Positions 37,072 through 47,085 of a DNA stretch of 64,000 bases are shown here, piece by piece. The stretch spans positions 76,746 to 140,745 of the forward strand of contig JAVJOO010000003.1 of the NCBI GenBank assembly GCA_040216735.1, in the 5' to 3' direction. The stretch comes from Alphaproteobacteria bacterium (GTDB taxonomy: Bacteria > Pseudomonadota > Alphaproteobacteria > SHVP01). How positions within the stretch are numbered: the first letter of the stretch is position 1; each line of letters starts with the position of its first letter. The notes beneath the pieces were generated by a model that was not told where the DNA came from, made no database searches, and saw only the letters and a program-made list of their open reading frames with translations. Position numbers and translations under genes: made by a program.

Positions 37072-38184
37072 ATGACCCGTCAGGCATCCCACGGCGCGTT
37101 CCCCGAAATCAACCACGACGAAATGGCGCGCCAGGATTTTGCGCTGCGCTTACGAGAATACGTTGCCGGCGATATCGTTGGCGGCAACGACGCGGTCTAT
37201 CGCCACGCGGTGGAGCCGGACTTTGTTCGTGCCCACGGGCGCAAGCCAGAAACGCGCAAGGAAGTCCGCCAGGCGATGGAGCGTCATCCCTTCCATCAGG
37301 CCTGGGGCGCACTCAACCGCGCGACCCAGGAAATCATTTGGGATTCGGTTCAAGACTCGCTTGATCGCCAGGACGACGCTCTAAATCGGCGGATCAAGAA
37401 CGCCAACGCCGGTAAAGGGTCGCTCCGCCTCAACCCAGCCGTCAAGGCGCCGCGCTACCTGGCCGCGGTCGATATCCATTGCATGCCCGGCAACTACCAC
37501 ACCGAATACACTGCGGACGATGCCTATCAGGGGGCTTTGCTCGATCGCGGTGCTTTCATCTACGCGCGCGGCGCCCGCGGGCCGAATCACGATTCCTTCG
37601 GCCATGACCTGCTGGCCTATCTCAAGAAGACCCGCCCAGATTTTCAGCCCCGCCGCATTCTCGATATGGGGGCGGGCGCGGGACAGGTTACCTGCGCCAT
37701 CGCGACGGCGTTTCCCCAAGCAGAGGTGCATGCGATCGACGTCGCCGCACCACTGCTCCGCTACGGACATAAACGTGCATCCTCCCTCGGCCACGCGATT
37801 CACTTCTCCCAACAAAACGCCGAGGCGACCGACTTCGCCGACGAGAGCTTCGACCTCATCGTCTCGTGCATCATGATGCACGAGACGTCATCGAAGGCGT
37901 TGCGGAACTATGTCAAGGAAACGCATCGCTTGTTGGCGCCGGGTGGAATTTCCCTTCACATGGACTTTCCCCACAACGAGAACAAGTCGCCCTATGCCCA
38001 GGCCATGGTCGACTGGAGCACCCACTACAACGCCGAACCGTTTATCGGGACGCTGGGCGATACCGATTGGGCCGACGTTGCCGTTCAGGTTGGCTTTTCG
38101 CACAACACGGCGACCGTCGTACCGATGTCGACCGTCGCACCAACCAACCACATGTACGTATTGGACGCCCGCAAGCCAGCTTAG
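37072..38184 (+). CDS. two-domain class I SAM-dependent methyltransferase, paralog 2
   Basis: Collinear with paralogs 1 and 3: HGRKPETRKEVRQAM, IHCMPGNY, ILDMGAGAGQVT, EVHAIDVAAPLLRYGHKRASSLG, FSQQNAEATDFADESFDLIVSCIMMHETSSKA, RLLAPGGISLHMDFP; RBS AGGAGG. Confidence 0.8.
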   Translation: MTRQASHGAFPEINHDEMARQDFALRLREYVAGDIVGGNDAVYRHAVEPDFVRAHGRKPETRKEVRQAMERHPFHQAWGALNRATQEIIWDSVQDSLDRQDDALNRRIKNANAGKGSLRLNPAVKAPRYLAAVDIHCMPGNYHTEYTADDAYQGALLDRGAFIYARGARGPNHDSFGHDLLAYLKKTRPDFQPRRILDMGAGAGQVTCAIATAFPQAEVHAIDVAAPLLRYGHKRASSLGHAIHFSQQNAEATDFADESFDLIVSCIMMHETSSKALRNYVKETHRLLAPGGISLHMDFPHNENKSPYAQAMVDWSTHYNAEPFIGTLGDTDWADVAVQVGFSHNTATVVPMSTVAPTNHMYVLDARKPA

Positions 38185-38229
38185 GTTCGCCGCCGCGGAG
38201 CGGCCTAGGGTCAATACCGCGGGAGAGGC

Positions 38230-38613
38230 CTAGTCGACCGGCCCCCCCGACCAAAACCGGACGCGGGTGAATCTCCCGTCCGGGCCGAAGTCGAAGAAAT
38301 TGCAATTTGCCATGTCCACAAGGGACCCGTCCTTGCGGTCGTTGCGGTAGACGATTTCAACCGCACAGGTGCCCTTCTCGGTGTCGACGACGAAGTTCGT
38401 CGCTTCGTGGGCCATGGCGTTGGTCCCGGCGCACAGCTCGGTGAAGAACGCCCGCAGCGCGTCGTGGCCTTCGAGGCGCAGGTTATTCGATTCCCAGGTC
38501 AGGGTTGCGTCCGGAGCGAAGCACGCGACGGTGCCCTCGACATCCCCTGAGTCCATCGCACCGAAGTACCCTTTGGCGACGGCATCGACATAGAACGCGC
38601 GGGGCCGGGACAC
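38230..38613 (-). CDS. SnoaL-like/NTF2-like (ketosteroid-isomerase-like) small protein
   Basis: AFYVDAVAKGYFGAMDSGDVEGTVACFAPDATLTWE...; start uncertain (GTG 38613 or ATG 38556). The track ORF start at 38700 gives an Arg/Pro-rich leader. Confidence 0.65.
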   Translation of the reverse strand: MSRPRAFYVDAVAKGYFGAMDSGDVEGTVACFAPDATLTWESNNLRLEGHDALRAFFTELCAGTNAMAHEATNFVVDTEKGTCAVEIVYRNDRKDGSLVDMANCNFFDFGPDGRFTRVRFWSGGPVD

Positions 38614-38811
38614 GGGCGGTCTAGGGAAGGTTCGGCGCTGGAAACTGCCGCTGGGCGCGCGCGCGAATCCGCTCGGCTTCCGCTTGTTCCGAACGCACAC
38701 ACTCTTGGTAACCTTGCGTGCCCCGCGGATGCGCCCGGGCGCAGCGATCGACGATACTCAACGAATCGCAGGCGCTAAGGCCAAGGGTCAAAGTTGCAGC
38801 TAGCCCTACGC

Positions 38812-38848
38812 CGGAAAGCAAACGGACGCGCCCTAACGCGCGTCCGTT
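38812..38848 (-). terminator. rho-independent terminator after the AhpD-like gene (minus strand)
   Basis: Perfect 11-bp inverted repeat aacggacgcgc-cctaa-gcgcgtccgtt; on the minus strand the hairpin is followed by tgctttcc. Confidence 0.45.
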
Positions 38849-38892
38849 CCGATGTTGGCGTGTCTGCAATGGATTGTTCCTGGGGAGGCGAT

Positions 38893-39468
38893 CTACTCCG
38901 CAGCGTCGCTCAACGGCACGACCGGGCAGTTCGCCTCTTTCTCGACGATGTCGTAAACGAAAATGAACTTGGCCATACCGGTCAAAATACCGGCGACCAT
39001 TCCCAATTCGAATATTTGGGCGTCGTCGAAATGGGGCTTCAGTTCGTCGTAAAGTTTCTTGTCTAGGTTGCCGTTCATGTTGGTCATCACGATCTGATCG
39101 GCAAGGCGCAACACCGCACGTTCCTTCGCATCGAAACAGTCGGCATCCTCGTTCATGATCCGGCGCAACTGCTCGGCGGTCACCCCTTGTTTTTCCGCCG
39201 CCACCCGGTTGCCCTTGTTGCAGTAGGCGCAACCATGGGTCATCGAGAGCCGGTAGCGCAGGATTTCCTTGAGGCGGGGTTCGACGCGTCCGCCGTAGAA
39301 CAGGCGACCGTAGAATTCGTCCTTGTACCATTCCATCAGTTCGGGGGCGTTGGCACCGACCTCGTTCATCGTCGCGTCGTCGCGCAACTTGATCGCAGTA
39401 TCGTAGTCCGCGCGCATCCGGTCGGTCATTTCGTCGCGCGGTACGCGCCGCAGCATTGGATTAGGCAT
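38893..39468 (-). CDS. carboxymuconolactone decarboxylase (AhpD-like) family protein
   Basis: HGCAYC motif; RBS GGGGAG. Confidence 0.85.
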   Translation of the reverse strand: MPNPMLRRVPRDEMTDRMRADYDTAIKLRDDATMNEVGANAPELMEWYKDEFYGRLFYGGRVEPRLKEILRYRLSMTHGCAYCNKGNRVAAEKQGVTAEQLRRIMNEDADCFDAKERAVLRLADQIVMTNMNGNLDKKLYDELKPHFDDAQIFELGMVAGILTGMAKFIFVYDIVEKEANCPVVPLSDAAE

Positions 39469-39557
39469 CGGTGTCTCCCCGTCGGTCAGGATGGCGTTAG
39501 GTATGGTGGTCCATTGTGACGCCGCCGCGCTCCGCCCGCAACAGGGCGTGTCCGACC

Positions 39558-40319
39558 CTACGATTCCAGGGCTTGGCGGAGATCCGGGCGTTCCTTGAGG
39601 ATGCGCCGGGCGTAATAATCGAACTTCCAGTTGAATATGTCGGCCTGGCCCAAGAATTTCTTGGATTGCCGGGCGGCGGCATCGGGGAGTGGATCGAGTT
39701 TTCCCGCCGCCATCGCCCGCACTTGGACGCTGGCCGCCCCCTCCAACACGAGGGCCCCGACCACCGCCTCCTGCAGGCTCGCACCGACCACGACAATTCC
39801 ATGGTTCTTGAGGATGGCTGCCCGGTTGTGCCCCAATGCCGCAGCGATCCGGTCCGTTTCGCCTTCACCTTCGAGGAAAACGCCGTGGTGTTCGTTGAAA
39901 AACACAAGGTCTTCAAAAAAGATCGAGGCCTGCTGGTCGATCATTGCAAGCGTCGTCCCGATCGATGACAGCGCCATCGCGTTCATCGCGTGCGTATGGA
40001 CAATCGCATTCACGTCCGGCCGGTGCATGTAGACCGCCGCATGAAGGTCCAATGCCGGGCTGATTTCCCCGTTCCCGGATCGGATATTGAGTTGCATATC
40101 CGCTTCGTGCAGTGCTGCGGGCGTCGCTTCGTCGAACCCAAGCCGGAAACGGTTTGACCAGAAGGTCTCGGCGCCGGGTTGCCGCGCCGTCACGTGGCCG
40201 GCGATGTCCAAGCCTTGGCCTTCGCGATCCAGAATGTGGTGAGCTAGAACGAGTTCGCGTTGCAATCGCTCCAGATCGCTCGCGGGTTCGCTTGCGAACA
40301 TTTGGATAACTGTGGCCAT
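39558..40319 (-). CDS. class II aldolase/adducin family protein
   Basis: HTHAMNAMALS zinc-ligand region, VFLEGEGETD; ATG 40319 with GGGAGAAG RBS. The track start at 40448 is rejected. Confidence 0.8.
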   Translation of the reverse strand: MATVIQMFASEPASDLERLQRELVLAHHILDREGQGLDIAGHVTARQPGAETFWSNRFRLGFDEATPAALHEADMQLNIRSGNGEISPALDLHAAVYMHRPDVNAIVHTHAMNAMALSSIGTTLAMIDQQASIFFEDLVFFNEHHGVFLEGEGETDRIAAALGHNRAAILKNHGIVVVGASLQEAVVGALVLEGAASVQVRAMAAGKLDPLPDAAARQSKKFLGQADIFNWKFDYYARRILKERPDLRQALES

Positions 40320-40401
40320 CGACTTCTCCCTCGTGCGCCGGTGAATGAGTCGTCCGAGATTGTCGCGCCCGCCGCCACCCGGCGCAACCGGCACGCCATC
40401 T

Positions 40402-41334
40402 TTACGTGGTGATCGTGCGGGCCGCACCGAGTACGACGCTTGGCGCAAGATCGGCTAGCGAGTCTCGTTGGATTACGGCAACAGCGGGGCCGCGCGGCTG
40501 TGTTTGCGACGGCACCGATGCCTTTGAAAACAGGACGACGGAAGGGCAACCGGCTGCCGCAACGATATGCATCGGTCCGGTATCGTTCCCGACCGCAAGG
40601 GCGGCGCGGCGCGCAAGTTCGGCAATCTGCCCGAACGACGTGCGCCCCATGAGATTGATCGCGCGGGGTTCGGCGGTAATTACCGCAGCGATTTCGTTTG
40701 CTTCCGACCGGGTACCCAGGAGCACCGGAATAAGTCCGTCGTCAGCCAGGGCACTGGCGAGCGCGCTATAGCGGTCTGCCGGCCAACGCTTGTCCGGTCG
40801 ATGCGGTGCGCCGCCGGGTACCAGGAGCGCAAATCGGTCCGGTAGACCAAAGCCGTCGGTGTCGCCCCCTAGCCAACCAAGGTCGGGTGCTGGCGTCTCG
40901 GCAATCCCGGCGTCGGCCAATTGTTCGGCCTGACGTTCCAAGGTGTGGAGGGCATTTCGGTCTGGATTGCGGTGGGGGTGCGAACATCCCCGCGCGATAC
41001 CGGACCATTCCGGAGGTCGGCGTCCAAAGAAACGGAAATACGTATGCGTCCGATCACTATGCTGCAGGTCGTAGACCCTCCCAAAGCCGCTCCCCACGAT
41101 GAATCGCCGCAGCTTGATCCAGGTGGCCAACTGCCAGATACGGGGCTTGGGGTCGATTTCGACCGCATCGAACCAGCCGCAGGTACGCCCCAATTCTGCA
41201 TACGGCGCTGTCGTCAAAAGAGTGATGTGGGCCCCTTGGTGATGCGACCGGATCGCCTCAAAGGCCCCGAGAGCGAGGATGAAGTCCCCCAGGGCGCTAT
41301 GTTTGATCACGAGAATGCGTTGGCGTGCGGTCAT
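40402..41334 (-). CDS. glycosyltransferase family 9 (LPS heptosyltransferase-like)
   Basis: ILVIKHSALGDFILALGAFEAIR N-terminus; C-terminal GNDTGPMHIAAAAGCP motif. Confidence 0.8.
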   Translation of the reverse strand: MTARQRILVIKHSALGDFILALGAFEAIRSHHQGAHITLLTTAPYAELGRTCGWFDAVEIDPKPRIWQLATWIKLRRFIVGSGFGRVYDLQHSDRTHTYFRFFGRRPPEWSGIARGCSHPHRNPDRNALHTLERQAEQLADAGIAETPAPDLGWLGGDTDGFGLPDRFALLVPGGAPHRPDKRWPADRYSALASALADDGLIPVLLGTRSEANEIAAVITAEPRAINLMGRTSFGQIAELARRAALAVGNDTGPMHIVAAAGCPSVVLFSKASVPSQTQPRGPAVAVIQRDSLADLAPSVVLGAARTITT

Positions 41335-41456
41335 GGGCGGTCGGTGGCTATTGCGGTCGAACCATTTCTAACGTGCACGGCAGTTATAGCGCCTATCGAA
41401 TAAGGACCCGCATCATTCGTCTTGACGTCGCCTGCGACAAGCCGGACCATCGCCGC

Positions 41457-42293
41457 ATGGTGATGTTCAAGAATCCGGCTGAACCAGAAGAGATCCGCCT
41501 GTCGCGCTTGCGCGTCAGCTATCTCGATTGGCCCGGCAAAGCGCCGCCGATCGTCCTCCTGCACCCCAACCGGACTAATGCACGGGTGTGGGATTTCCTG
41601 GTGGATGCAAGCACTTTGCCGAATCGCTTCATCGCCCCCGATGCCCGCGGGCATGGGATCAGCGACTATCCCGAACGCGGCTATGAACTACCCGAATACG
41701 TTCACGACCTCGTTGAATTTCTCGACGCTTTGCAAATTTCCAAGGTTGTTCTGGTCGGGGCGGCAACCGGTGGGAACATCGCCCTACTCGTCGCCTCCCA
41801 GCACCCCGGTCGCGTTTCGGGACTGGTCGTCGCGGACCCCGGCCTTTCGCTCGACAAGAAGATCAGCGCCGACGTCAAGGACGAGATCGTCAAGAACCAT
41901 CGCTTTCCCAGTTTCGAGGCCGCAAAGGCGGCGATGCCGTTCAGCCGTTTTTGGTCCCAGGACATGAAGGATCATTACGCCGAACACAGCTTCAAGAGAC
42001 TCGAGGGCGGCGAAGTTGAATGGCGCTACTATCCGCAAGGGGCGCAATACACCGAGGGTCTGCTCGAAGAAGACATGTGGGACGATATCGCCGTCACCTG
42101 TCCGACTTTGATGATGCGGGGCGCCGAGTCCCACGTTTTCCCTCGGCATAATATGGACCGGCTTCAGTCGATGATCCCGGGGTCCGAAGCCCACGATGTC
42201 CCTGGCTGTGACCATCGCATCAGCCAAGACCAACCCGAACTGATGGCCAAGCTCGTCGATTCCTTCGTGCGACGGCGGATCGCGGCGGGTTAG
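41457..42293 (+). CDS. alpha/beta-hydrolase fold protein (single domain) with atypical nucleophile elbow
   Basis: VLLHPNRTNARVW (HGxP-like), APDARGHGISD, elbow VLVGAATGGNIALL (G-A-A-T-G-G, no Ser/Asp/Cys), C-terminal HDVPGCDH. Confidence 0.75.
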   Translation: MVMFKNPAEPEEIRLSRLRVSYLDWPGKAPPIVLLHPNRTNARVWDFLVDASTLPNRFIAPDARGHGISDYPERGYELPEYVHDLVEFLDALQISKVVLVGAATGGNIALLVASQHPGRVSGLVVADPGLSLDKKISADVKDEIVKNHRFPSFEAAKAAMPFSRFWSQDMKDHYAEHSFKRLEGGEVEWRYYPQGAQYTEGLLEEDMWDDIAVTCPTLMMRGAESHVFPRHNMDRLQSMIPGSEAHDVPGCDHRISQDQPELMAKLVDSFVRRRIAAG

Positions 42294-43963
42294 CCCGCGA
42301 GAAAATCGCGGATCGTCACCGCGCGGTCCACCCAGGCGGTCGGTGCGACGGTGTGCGCGGCCTGAGAGATCGCGCGGGCGGCATGTTCGCTGAAGCGGGC
42401 AAAAGGATCGTTCTCTGCGGCGCACACGAGCGTGGGGCAGTCGATGTCCGCGAAGCGTTTGCCAAGATTGTCGGCGAACAATGTCGCGTAGGTGCCGGCG
42501 TAATTGCCATGCTGTTTCAGGATACCGATAAGCCGCAGCGTCAATCGGTCGGGGTCCATCTCCGGCGCGACATACCGCACGCTTTCAAGACCTTCGTTGT
42601 ACCAGGGCCAATACAGTTGCTCGTTGCGCAGCGCATGCCAAAGCCGCAGGAGATGTCCGCCGTCGCTTTGTAATTCGATCGGTGGCGCGTAGCGCGGAGC
42701 CAAGGCGTTGCGAACGTCCGGCGGTAGGGCGATAGGCGCGTCGAGGATCAACCGGCGTACCCTGGCGCGCTTCGATCCGGCGAGCGCGGCTGCAATCGAT
42801 GCCCCGCCGCCGTGGCCATAGAGGTCGAACGTCCCAATGCCCAAACTGTCGAGGACCGCGGCGGCTGCCTCTGCTTGGGCGTCGACCGGTAGGATATCGG
42901 GGCAATCCGAATCGCCGTTGCCCGGCGGATCGAGGGCGATCACCCGGCGGCTGCCGGCCAGCCCGAGCATTAGCGCTTCGTAGTCCTGGCTGGCGCCCGG
43001 AATATGCGGCAGCAGGACCAGCGGCGCCGCCGTGCCAGCCGCGCCGGTTTCACGCATCAGCACCTCGCCCCGCGCCCAGGGCACGAAGCGCCGGGAAATG
43101 CGGCCTGCGACCGGCGCGGTCTCGGGAGGTGCCGGGGCAGTGCCGCCAGGCGGGTGCGCCGCGACGATCTCGGCATAGCGCGTTGCCGCGTCGCGGTCGT
43201 TCGCCGGTAAGGTTTCCTGCCAACATCCTTCCGGCAGGTCGCCGAGCAACTTAAGTGACTCGATCAGTGAATCTTCGGCTCGTCCGGCAAAGCATGTCGG
43301 AACCCGCAAGCCCTGCACCGCCTCGATCTCCGGGTAGCGGAACACCGCAGCGTAGCCCTTGGCATAGCCGCGCCCGGCGATGAACCCCGCCAGCGTAATG
43401 CGATGGGTCATCTCTATGTTGCGCCCGCCGGCCGCTGCGCGGGTTGCTTTGCGCCGGTCGTACCAGGGCCAGTAGAGGCTCATTTCGCGGTAGCGCAGAA
43501 AGAACTCCACCAGGTGCAGGCCGGTCCATACCGGGGTCCATGGCGGCAAATATTCGCGCAGCATATTGGCGCGCTCGTGGTCGGGCCACGCCGGATATCC
43601 GTCAAACAACGCGACCGACACGCGCTCGGGGTAACGCCGTGCGAACTCGAGGGCAACCGTCGCGCCGGTGTGCGACCCGAATAGGGCGCACCGTTCGATA
43701 CCGAGTGCGGTCAGAGTTTCCGCAAGCGCCTCCGCATAGTCGCCGATTTCCGGGGCGTCGATGGCCAACGGGTCCGACAGTCCATACCCCGGCGTATCGG
43801 GCGCAATGGCGGCATAGTCCTGTCCGAAACGCTCGATGAACGCCGTCAGTGCCCAGGACGAACTGGGACTGGCGTGCAGCAACACCACCGGGGCGCCGTT
43901 CCCCGCTCTACGGTAGTGGACCTGCCGCGTGCCGACGGTGACGAAGTGCCGCGAGATCGTCAT
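42290..43963 (-). CDS. double alpha/beta-hydrolase-fold protein (two tandem ABH domains), paralog 1
   Basis: Domain a: VVLLHASPSSSW, APDTPGYGLSD, elbow LFGSHTGATVA. Domain b: LPHIPGASQDY, ALDPPGNGDSD, elbow LYGHGGGASIA. The start overlaps the downstream paralog's stop. Confidence 0.8.
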   Translation of the reverse strand: MTISRHFVTVGTRQVHYRRAGNGAPVVLLHASPSSSWALTAFIERFGQDYAAIAPDTPGYGLSDPLAIDAPEIGDYAEALAETLTALGIERCALFGSHTGATVALEFARRYPERVSVALFDGYPAWPDHERANMLREYLPPWTPVWTGLHLVEFFLRYREMSLYWPWYDRRKATRAAAGGRNIEMTHRITLAGFIAGRGYAKGYAAVFRYPEIEAVQGLRVPTCFAGRAEDSLIESLKLLGDLPEGCWQETLPANDRDAATRYAEIVAAHPPGGTAPAPPETAPVAGRISRRFVPWARGEVLMRETGAAGTAAPLVLLPHIPGASQDYEALMLGLAGSRRVIALDPPGNGDSDCPDILPVDAQAEAAAAVLDSLGIGTFDLYGHGGGASIAAALAGSKRARVRRLILDAPIALPPDVRNALAPRYAPPIELQSDGGHLLRLWHALRNEQLYWPWYNEGLESVRYVAPEMDPDRLTLRLIGILKQHGNYAGTYATLFADNLGKRFADIDCPTLVCAAENDPFARFSEHAARAISQAAHTVAPTAWVDRAVTIRDFLAG

Positions 43964-45657
43964 CGGCCGCCAGCAAGAAATCCGTCGACGGCGGCGGCAA
44001 TGGCGTCGTTGTGGAAATCGACCATTTGGTATTCACCGTCTGGCACCATCGCTGCCGCCTCGGGCGCGAAGCGATGGAACGGGTCGTCTTCGATCGACGC
44101 GACCAGGGTCCGTACCGGGATCATCTGGATACGGTCGCGCACCGGATAGTCGAACACCGCCTGCCAAACTTTGTGGTAGTTGCGGTAATGCTTGAGGATG
44201 CCGGTGATCTTGCGCGACAGCAATTTGGCGTCGATCTCAGGTTCGATGATGCGAATCGCTTCGATCGATTCATTGTACCAGGGCCAAAACAGTTGTTCGT
44301 TGCGCAGCGCGAACCACAGACTGATCAGGTGAGACCCGTCCGCCTTGGGCTTGATGGGTGGCGCGTAGTGGGGGGCCAGCGCAAGGCGAACCTCGTCGGG
44401 CATCGCCAACGGTGCGAACAACAGCAGGTTGTCGACCCGGGGACGGTTGTTCAGCGTGAACTCAATGGCGACCGACGCCCCGCCCTGGTGGCCCAACAGG
44501 TCGACCTTGTCCAAGCCAAGTTTATCCAAAGCCTGCACCAAGACGCCGGCATAGCCCGCGATCGAGGGGGCCGCGGCCCAATCGTCCGAATCGCCGTTAC
44601 CGGGCAGATCCAACGCGATAACGCGGCGGCCGCGTTTGGCCAGTTCCAGCATGAAGCCCGCATCCAGCGTTACGTCGCCCGGCAATTGAGGGAGCAGAAC
44701 CATTGGCGGCCCGTCGGCGGGACCGGCGGCACTTACCGCAACCTGCCCGAAATCGAAGTCGAGATAGCGACGTTCGAGTTTGCCTGGGACCGGGGCAGGG
44801 GTGGGCGGTGGCGGCGCGGCGGCGGGTGCAGGTTGGGTCTCTAGAATGTCCCGGTAGCGTAGCGCGGCTTGGTGTACATCGCGGGGCAACTCCTCGGTCC
44901 ACGATCCCTCGGCCTTGCGGGCTTCGATCAGCGGAAACCCCTTGATCAGCGAATCGCCGGTCCGCGCGCCAAAACATGTCGGTACCGTGAGCTTGCCGAT
45001 GGGCTCGAGCCCCGCGTAGCGAAACACCGCCGAATACCCGACGTTGTAGTCCTCGCCGGTGATAAGGCGGGGTAGGACCATGTCCTGCATCAGATCGGCC
45101 GGCGGCGGTGCGGCGGTGCGTGACCGCGTGGCGCGGGTCCAGCGGAACGTTGGCGAATAGATGAACTGCTCGCGGAACTTGTGCCAGGTGTACAGCAGGT
45201 GCGAGGCGTCCCACTTGGGTTCGTACGGTGGAAGGTAGTACTTCGTCATATCCGCGCGGTAGGCGTCTTCATAGGCGGGGTAGCCGTCGATGACGAAGAT
45301 CGATACCCGTTCGGGATAGCGCACCGCGAATTCCATCGCGATCGAGGCCCCTGTGTGCGAGCCCCACAGGCCGCAACGCTCGATCCCCAGTGCGTCCAAC
45401 GTATCCTTTAGCGCCTCGGCGAAATCCGGTATCTCCGGCTTTTCCATGTCGAGCAGGTCGGAGTGACCATAACCCGGCGAATCCAAGGCGATCGCGGTAA
45501 AGCGTTCGGCGAACACCCGGGTGTACGGGTCCAACGCCCGGGCCCAGCTTGGCGAGGCGTGCAGCATCACGACAGGAGGGCCAGAGCCCGCGCGCCGGTA
45601 ATGCACCCGCCGAGTGCCGACGGTAAGAAAGTGACTGCGGATCGTTGTATCGCCCAT
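43960..45657 (-). CDS. double alpha/beta-hydrolase-fold protein, paralog 2
   Basis: Domain a: VVMLHASPSWAR, ALDSPGYGHSD, elbow LWGSHTGASIA. Domain b: LPQLPGDVTLD, ALDLPGNGDSD, elbow LLGHQGGASVA. ATG 45657 with GGGGAGG RBS. Confidence 0.8.
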   Translation of the reverse strand: MGDTTIRSHFLTVGTRRVHYRRAGSGPPVVMLHASPSWARALDPYTRVFAERFTAIALDSPGYGHSDLLDMEKPEIPDFAEALKDTLDALGIERCGLWGSHTGASIAMEFAVRYPERVSIFVIDGYPAYEDAYRADMTKYYLPPYEPKWDASHLLYTWHKFREQFIYSPTFRWTRATRSRTAAPPPADLMQDMVLPRLITGEDYNVGYSAVFRYAGLEPIGKLTVPTCFGARTGDSLIKGFPLIEARKAEGSWTEELPRDVHQAALRYRDILETQPAPAAAPPPPTPAPVPGKLERRYLDFDFGQVAVSAAGPADGPPMVLLPQLPGDVTLDAGFMLELAKRGRRVIALDLPGNGDSDDWAAAPSIAGYAGVLVQALDKLGLDKVDLLGHQGGASVAIEFTLNNRPRVDNLLLFAPLAMPDEVRLALAPHYAPPIKPKADGSHLISLWFALRNEQLFWPWYNESIEAIRIIEPEIDAKLLSRKITGILKHYRNYHKVWQAVFDYPVRDRIQMIPVRTLVASIEDDPFHRFAPEAAAMVPDGEYQMVDFHNDAIAAAVDGFLAGGR

Positions 45658-45768
45658 GCTGGCCTCCCCATGTGTCGGCCCCATCATAGGGCCCCGGGCC
45701 GATCCCTGCGCGCCGAACTACGCCGATGACCGCCAGTCGTGCTAACAAAGGGCAGGGAGGTAGCGTCC

Positions 45769-46749
45769 ATGAATAGAACCGGCCCGCTGGAACGCGCATC
45801 GATTTTCGTCCGCGATACCGACCGCGCCCTCGGTTTCTACCGCGACATCCTGCGTATGGACGTGGTCGAGACCCGCGATCTTGGCGGACCGGTCATCGCC
45901 AGCATGGTGGGCATGGACGACTGCAAGATCCGGGTGACCTATTTGACGGCTGAAAACAGCGTCCGGGCACGGATCGGTCTGTTTGAAATCTACGACCCGC
46001 GCCCACCCGAGCTGCCGCGCCCGCCCACGGCCTCGCTCAACGCCGGACAGCCGGTTCTGGTTTTCGACAGCCCGTTCATCAGCGACATCCACCGCGAATT
46101 GAAGGCGGCCGGCTACACCTTTCTGCTCGAACCCCAAAACCTCGCCGACGGCGAGGGCGGGCACTACAACGAAATGATTGTGTTCGATCCGGACGGTGTC
46201 GCTGTCGACATCCTGCGCTACACGCCGCCGCCGGGCGCCGACATTGTGGACGCCGCGAACCGGACCCACGGCGAAATGCCGGGCGGCAACAACCGCACTT
46301 CGCCGGTCATGCGTGTCTCGATCCTGGTCCGCGATACCGCCCGTTCGCTCGCCATCTACCGCGATATTCTCGGCATGACGGTGGCCGACGAACGCACCTT
46401 CGGCGGACCCGAGATCGGCAACGCCATCGGCCTTGGCGACTGCGAACTTCGGGCGACCTACCTGACGGCGGAGGACAGTGGCGTCGGCCTGGTCGGCCTC
46501 ATGGAGGTTGTGCGGGGGCAACGGCCGGAACTGCCGCGGCTCCAGCCGCGCATCCACCGCGGCCAGCCCGCACTGGTTTTCTCAACGAACGAGAACCGCG
46601 CCATTTTCGCCGACCTCAAAGAAGCCGGCACGACGTTCATTTGCCAGCCCGTCGACTTCACCAGCCCGCGCGGCACCTACATCGAAACGATCTTTCAGGA
46701 CCCCGACGGCATCCCGGTCAGTCTGATTCAGTTTTCGCCGGCGGGTTAG
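45769..46749 (+). CDS. tandem VOC (glyoxalase/bleomycin-resistance/dioxygenase) domain protein
   Basis: Two repeats: ASIFVRDTDRALGFYRDILRMDV...MIVFDPDGVAVDIL and VSILVRDTARSLAIYRDILGMTV...TIFQDPDGIPVSLI; RBS GGGAGG. Confidence 0.8.
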   Translation: MNRTGPLERASIFVRDTDRALGFYRDILRMDVVETRDLGGPVIASMVGMDDCKIRVTYLTAENSVRARIGLFEIYDPRPPELPRPPTASLNAGQPVLVFDSPFISDIHRELKAAGYTFLLEPQNLADGEGGHYNEMIVFDPDGVAVDILRYTPPPGADIVDAANRTHGEMPGGNNRTSPVMRVSILVRDTARSLAIYRDILGMTVADERTFGGPEIGNAIGLGDCELRATYLTAEDSGVGLVGLMEVVRGQRPELPRLQPRIHRGQPALVFSTNENRAIFADLKEAGTTFICQPVDFTSPRGTYIETIFQDPDGIPVSLIQFSPAG

Positions 46750-46785
46750 TCTCCGACCGAGGGGAGGCGTTCCAGGGCGGCGATC

Positions 46786-47085
46786 TTACAGGGGCGTCGC
46801 GTCGGTCACTACGTACCGCGTCAACTGGCGCTCGCCTATGCCAAAGTCGGCGCCGGCGGCGCGCCATGCCTTCATGTGGGGCGAGGCGAAGTGGGCGGCC
46901 AACGCGTCCGCGTCGTCCCAGGATTCGGCGACGTGGATCAGGCCGGGGTCGAGGATGTCCTGCGCGTAGCTGTAGGAGCGGCACCCTGCTTCGGCGCGCG
47001 ATGCCTTCAGCATCTTCTCCATATGCGGTCGCGCGGCGTCGAGGTTCTCCGGAGGTACCCGCACGGTCCCGGCGATCAGGATCAT
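46786..47085 (-). CDS. antibiotic-biosynthesis-monooxygenase (ABM/Dabb) domain protein
   Basis: 99 aa, ILIAGTVRVPPENLDAARPHMEKMLKASRAEAGCRSYSYAQD...HFASPHMKAW. Confidence 0.75.
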   Translation of the reverse strand: MILIAGTVRVPPENLDAARPHMEKMLKASRAEAGCRSYSYAQDILDPGLIHVAESWDDADALAAHFASPHMKAWRAAGADFGIGERQLTRYVVTDATPL

